From NCBI GenBank assembly GCA_046735235.1, contig JBKPSY010000039.1, positions 1 through 53,933 of the forward strand: a DNA stretch of 53,933 bases, in the 5' to 3' direction. The notes beneath the pieces were generated by a model. The model ran no database searches. It was not told the origin of the DNA and saw only the letters and a program-made list of their open reading frames with translations. Each line of letters opens with the position of its first letter. The first letter of the stretch is position 1. This DNA comes from Acidobacteriota bacterium. GTDB taxonomy: Bacteria > Acidobacteriota > Vicinamibacteria > Vicinamibacterales > JAENWD01. This document shows, piece by piece, positions 48,241-53,933 of this stretch. A program made the translations under genes and the position numbers.

Positions 48241-50001
48241 GTGGCCAAGCGTGCAGTCCGGTTCATCTTCGGCCTTCTCGTGTTCGCGGTGCTCGCGTCC
48301 ATCGCGGGCTTCGCGATGATCTACGTGATGGTCGGCCGCGAGCCCTCGGTCAGCCGCAACTCCACGCTCGTGCTCCGCCTGGACGACGATCTCGCGGAAG
48401 TGCCCACCGACGGCGTCGTGCAGCAGATCCTCTCGGCGAATCAGCCGGGCGGTCTGCCGGCCGTCCTCGAGGCGCTCCACAAGGCCAAGGTGGATCGGCG
48501 CATCCAGGCCGTGATCGTCGTGCCGTCGGGACTGAGAGCCAGCTACTGGGCCAAGGTCCAGGAGGTCCACGACGCGATCCTGGACTACCGCAAGTCCGGC
48601 AAGCCCGCGATCGCGTTCCTCGAGTACACCGGCGAGAAGGAATACCTGATCGCGAGCGCGTGCTCGAAGATCCTGCTGATGCCCAGCGCGCCGCTGGACC
48701 TCAACGGCCTCGCGACGTATGAAGTGTTCCTGCGCGGGACGCTCGACAAGGTCGGCCTCTATCCCGACTTCCTCCACATCGGCGACTACAAGACGGCCTA
48801 CAACGCCTTCACCGAGAAGGGCTTCACGAAAGCGCATCGCGAGGTCACCGAATCGATGACGAAGGACCTCTACGATCAGCTGGTGCGCGGGATCGCCGAG
48901 GGCCGCAAGAAAACCGAGGCGGACGTGCGCGCGCTGATCGATCAGGGCCCGTTCCTGCCGGACGAAGCCCTGCGCGTCGGGCTCGTCGACGATCTCGCCT
49001 ACGTCGATCAGATCGAGGACAAGGCGCACCTGCTGGGCGGCAAGAGCGCACGCCTCGAGGCCGACGACTACGCGAAGGTCTCACCCTCGTCGGTGGGGCT
49101 CAATCGGGGCCCGAAGATTGCCGTCATCTACGCCTCCGGCGTGATCATGTCGGGCAAGGGCGGGTACGACCCCTTGATGGGCGGCGTGCTCGGCGCCGAC
49201 GCGCTCATCGAGCACATTCGCGCCGCGCGCGCCGACTCGTCGGTGCGCGCAATCGTACTGCGCATCGACAGCCCGGGCGGATCCGCCACCGCGTCGGACG
49301 CAATCTGGCGCGAGCTGGTGATCACGCGCGACGAGCGTCACGATCGCCCGCTCGTGGTCTCGATGTCCGATCTCGCGGCGTCGGGGGGCTACTGGATGGC
49401 GATGGCCGCGCCGTACATCGTCGCGCAGCCCGGCACTCTCACCGGATCGATTGGCGTGATCACTGGCAAGATGGTGACCGGCGGCGTCTACACGAAGCTC
49501 GGCGCCAACATCGAGACCGTGAGCCAGGGCAAGTTCGCCGAGCTGGCCTCGCCCGTGCGGCCGTTCAACGACGCCGAGCGCAAGAAGGTCGAGAGCATGA
49601 TCGAGGAGACCTACGATCAGTTCATCGAGAAGGCCGCGCAGTCGCGGCACATGGCGCCCGAAAAGCTGGACGCGATCGCGCAGGGGCGCGTGTGGACGGG
49701 CCGCCAGGCGAAGGCGAACGGCCTGGTCGACGAGCTCGGCGGGCTCGACCGCGCGATCGTGGCCGCCAAAGTCCGCGCGAAGATCCCCGCAGAGAGCGAC
49801 GTCGAGATCGTCGTCTATCCCCCGAAGCGGTCGTTCTTCGACCTGGTCACGAAAGGATTCAAGACCGAGCAGGGCAGCAGCCTGCTGACGATGCTGGTTG
49901 CGCCGGACGAGCGCCGCGCGCTCGGCGTCGCGTTGTCGCCGCTGCGGCTGTTCCATCCCGGCGAGACGCTGGCGCTGATGCCGGCGTTGTTCTTGAAGTA
50001 G
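48241..50001 (+). CDS. sppA: signal peptide peptidase SppA, 67K type (two S49 domains)
   Basis: GTG start preceded by AAGGAG, an N-terminal TM anchor, tandem ClpP/crotonase-like S49 domains, and SMSDLAASGGYWMA. Confidence 0.9.
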   Translation: MAKRAVRFIFGLLVFAVLASIAGFAMIYVMVGREPSVSRNSTLVLRLDDDLAEVPTDGVVQQILSANQPGGLPAVLEALHKAKVDRRIQAVIVVPSGLRASYWAKVQEVHDAILDYRKSGKPAIAFLEYTGEKEYLIASACSKILLMPSAPLDLNGLATYEVFLRGTLDKVGLYPDFLHIGDYKTAYNAFTEKGFTKAHREVTESMTKDLYDQLVRGIAEGRKKTEADVRALIDQGPFLPDEALRVGLVDDLAYVDQIEDKAHLLGGKSARLEADDYAKVSPSSVGLNRGPKIAVIYASGVIMSGKGGYDPLMGGVLGADALIEHIRAARADSSVRAIVLRIDSPGGSATASDAIWRELVITRDERHDRPLVVSMSDLAASGGYWMAMAAPYIVAQPGTLTGSIGVITGKMVTGGVYTKLGANIETVSQGKFAELASPVRPFNDAERKKVESMIEETYDQFIEKAAQSRHMAPEKLDAIAQGRVWTGRQAKANGLVDELGGLDRAIVAAKVRAKIPAESDVEIVVYPPKRSFFDLVTKGFKTEQGSSLLTMLVAPDERRALGVALSPLRLFHPGETLALMPALFLK

Positions 50002-50078
50002 GTCCATGGGTCGATAGGTCCATAGGTCCATGGGTGAGTCTTCACCCCATGGACTCATGGACCCATGCTCCCATCAAC
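50002..50078. repeat. second, shorter copy of the GTCCATGG / CCATGGAC inverted octamer-array hairpin
   Basis: GTCCATGG GTCGATAG GTCCATAG GTCCATGG, loop, then CCATGGAC TCATGGAC CCATGCTC CCATC. It sits between convergent sppA and the ppiD-like gene and overlaps the latter's stop. Confidence 0.8.
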
Positions 50079-51984
50079 CCACCAGCGACCGTAGCACTTC
50101 CTGATCCACGGCGATCTTCATCCGGTCGCGCGCCTTCACCATGTAGGCGCCGAAGAAGCGCGAGCGTTTGTCGTTCTCGATCTCCTGCTTCAATCCCTCG
50201 CGCGCCGTCGTGAGATCCTGCGGGTTGATGTCCTGGTGCTCGACGACATGCGCGATGACGGTGGCGGCGTCGGTCGTCACCGGCGCCGTGACGCCACCGG
50301 CTGGTTGCGCGAAGATCGCCTGGTCGAGTGCCGGGCTGATGCCGACGTCTGGCCACGCCGTGCCGCGCGCCACGAGCTCGCTCGTCTTCACTTCGAGGCC
50401 GGCGGCCTTGGCGGCCTTCGCGAAGTCCGCGCCCGAGAGCGACGCCGCTAGCGCGGCCGCCTTCGTCTTCGTCAGCTCACGCGCCTTCTGCCGCGTGACG
50501 TCGTCTCTGACCTTGTCTTTCACCTCGGCGAGCTGCGGCAATCGCGAGGGTTCGGTGCCGACCACCGCGAAGAACACGATGCCCCGAGCCGTCGTTACGG
50601 GACCCGAGATCGTATCCGCCTTCCCCGTGAACGCCTGATCGGTAATCTCCGGCACCGGACCGAGGCCCGCCACCGGCTCGTCGCGCAGGAAGAACCCGGA
50701 CTCCTGCACGGTCAGCTTGCGCGCCGCTGCGACGCGGTCGAGATCGGCCGGCGTCTTGAGCTCGGCGCCCACCTGCGTCGCCAGCGTGCTGGCGTCGGCC
50801 TGTGCCCGCTCGGTGGCCAGGCGATCCGCGATCTGTTGCCGGACATCCGCGATCGACTTCGTAATCGCCGGCTTGTGGTCGACCACCTTGATGATGTGGT
50901 AGCCGAACGGCGACTTCACGACCTCGCTCATCTGGCCCGGCTGCAGCGAGAACGCGACGTCCTCGAATTCCTTCACCATGCGCCCGCGTCCGAAGTAGTC
51001 GAGGTCTCCGCCGTTCTTGGCCGAGCCCTCGTCCTCGGAGTTCTTCTTCGCCAGCGCGGCGAAGTCGGCGCCAGACTTCAGCTGCTTCAAGAGCGCCTCG
51101 GCCTTCGCCCTGGCGGCGGCGTCGTCTTTGTCGCTCTTGATCAGGATATGGCTCGCGCGCACCTGCTCGGGTGTCGTGAACTCCTGCTGGTTGTCGCGAT
51201 AGAACTTCTCGATGTCGCCGGGCGGCACGACCGCGCTCGCGCGCAGCTTGTCCACGTCCACGAGGAGGTACTTGATCTTCTTTTTTTCGCCGACCCGGTA
51301 TTCTTCCTTGTGCCCGTCGAACCACGTGGACAGATCCGCGTCGGTCACGGTCACGTCGCCCCGCAGCCTGTCGGCCGAGAGCACGACGAGCTCGACCTTC
51401 GCCTTCTCGTTGCGGCGCTTGAACTCGGCGGTCACGTCCGCGTCCGTCACGGTCATCCAGTCGGTCAGCGACGCGTGCAGCTTGTCCACGAGCAGCGACC
51501 GGCGCAGGCTGTCTTCGAACTCGGACTTCGTCAGCGGAGGACGCTGCGACGCGAGCACCTGCGCGTAGACGTCCTCGCCGGCGAAGACGCCGTTCTGCTG
51601 GAACGCGGGAATCGCGAGAATCCGCTGCGCCACTTCGGCGTCGCTCACCGAGAGTCCGAGCCGGCGCGCCTCGACGACGGCCGCGCGCTCGTCGAGCAGC
51701 TGCCTGAGAATCTGCTGCTCGATGCCCATCTGCTTCAGCATCTGCTCGTTGAAGTTCGGGCCGTACGCGCTGCGATACATCTGCACCTGTTGCTGGTACG
51801 CGCGCCGATACGCGCTGACGGTGACCGGCTCGCCGTTCACCGTGGCCAGCTCGTCGTGCGGCGCCGCTCCGCCGAGGTTCCGGTTTCGCGAGGGGATGTA
51901 GAGCGCGATGAAGGCCAGAACCACGAGCGCCAGGCTCCATTTCAGCCAATACTTGTGCCGGCGCATCCGGTCGAGCAGCGTCAT
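50074..51984 (-). CDS. PpiD-like periplasmic chaperone / parvulin-type peptidylprolyl isomerase
   Basis: ATG 51984 (MTLLDRMRRHKYWLKWSLALVVLAFIALYI anchor), a SurA_N-like region, and a parvulin domain (ASHILIK ... GGDLDYFGRG ... GYHIIKV). Confidence 0.85.
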   Translation of the reverse strand: MTLLDRMRRHKYWLKWSLALVVLAFIALYIPSRNRNLGGAAPHDELATVNGEPVTVSAYRRAYQQQVQMYRSAYGPNFNEQMLKQMGIEQQILRQLLDERAAVVEARRLGLSVSDAEVAQRILAIPAFQQNGVFAGEDVYAQVLASQRPPLTKSEFEDSLRRSLLVDKLHASLTDWMTVTDADVTAEFKRRNEKAKVELVVLSADRLRGDVTVTDADLSTWFDGHKEEYRVGEKKKIKYLLVDVDKLRASAVVPPGDIEKFYRDNQQEFTTPEQVRASHILIKSDKDDAAARAKAEALLKQLKSGADFAALAKKNSEDEGSAKNGGDLDYFGRGRMVKEFEDVAFSLQPGQMSEVVKSPFGYHIIKVVDHKPAITKSIADVRQQIADRLATERAQADASTLATQVGAELKTPADLDRVAAARKLTVQESGFFLRDEPVAGLGPVPEITDQAFTGKADTISGPVTTARGIVFFAVVGTEPSRLPQLAEVKDKVRDDVTRQKARELTKTKAAALAASLSGADFAKAAKAAGLEVKTSELVARGTAWPDVGISPALDQAIFAQPAGGVTAPVTTDAATVIAHVVEHQDINPQDLTTAREGLKQEIENDKRSRFFGAYMVKARDRMKIAVDQEVLRSLVG

Positions 51985-52118
51985 GAGAATCGGACCCTTC
52001 CGCCCGGCATCGCGGGCACAATACAAACTCCGATTGTCCCCTCTGCCTGCAACCCCTGTCAACGACGCGATTTCTGCCGATAAATGACAGAGCAGCCAGT
52101 GGTTTCCCAGATGCAGCG

Positions 52119-52127
52119 TGCTATTAT
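52119..52127 (+). promoter_or_regulatory. extended -10-like element TGCTATTAT upstream of the GGDEF gene
   Basis: TGnTATTAT pattern about 64 nt upstream of ATG 52191 in a lower-GC divergent spacer. Near-identical to the element at 13061-13070. Confidence 0.3.
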
Positions 52128-52190
52128 TTTGCTCCGAGAGAAGCACTTAGCGGCCGTCAGCACCGCCCGCGTGCAGGGAGTAGCGAGACC

Positions 52191-53933
<1,743 letters not shown>

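Overview
GC-rich bacterial chromosomal segment, roughly two-thirds G+C by eye. A TIGR03436-type VWFA protein and the overall gene content suggest Acidobacteriota, but I cannot prove that from this window. Most of it is conserved housekeeping, largely on the minus strand. In order: the smc 3' end; a DUF4097 / M48 peptidase pair; a cupredoxin; asnS and rimO followed by the classical rimP-nusA-infB-rbfA-nrnA-truB-rpsO-pnp array; an AmgK/MurU-like pair with CYTH and HtrA genes; an M24 peptidase; VWA + DUF4870; an alpha-glucan phosphorylase and a GH3 enzyme; and a contiguous, translationally coupled heme operon, hemA-C-D-B-L-E-N-Y. A looser, accessory-looking stretch follows at about 40.8-48.1 kb. 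It holds a four-helix-bundle gene relic between GC-rich inverted repeats, an MFS transporter, an internally deleted GH51 relic, an outer-membrane beta-barrel, a divergent pol-beta nucleotidyltransferase / metallophosphoesterase pair, a wHTH-TPR regulator, and tRNA-Leu(CAG) with a duplicated 3'-end scar. The window ends with sppA, a ppiD-like gene, a GAF-GGDEF gene and the mreB 5' end. I saw no CRISPR array, cas genes, transposase, integrase or recognisable defence genes, and I did not find a convincing novel multi-gene protein system. The most unusual signals are non-coding: (1) long hairpins built from inverted arrays of the octamer GTCCATGG at two loci; (2) short heptamer-periodic arrays that fill many intercistronic spacers; (3) a low-GC, GTAC-rich palindromic in-frame insert in rimO; (4) an intrinsic-terminator hairpin in the rimP-nusA-infB leader; (5) an htrA ORF that reads through a perfect terminator-like hairpin. 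All protein calls rest on motif recognition from the translations, since no database search was possible. Many long ORFs in the track are GC-rich shadow frames and were rejected.
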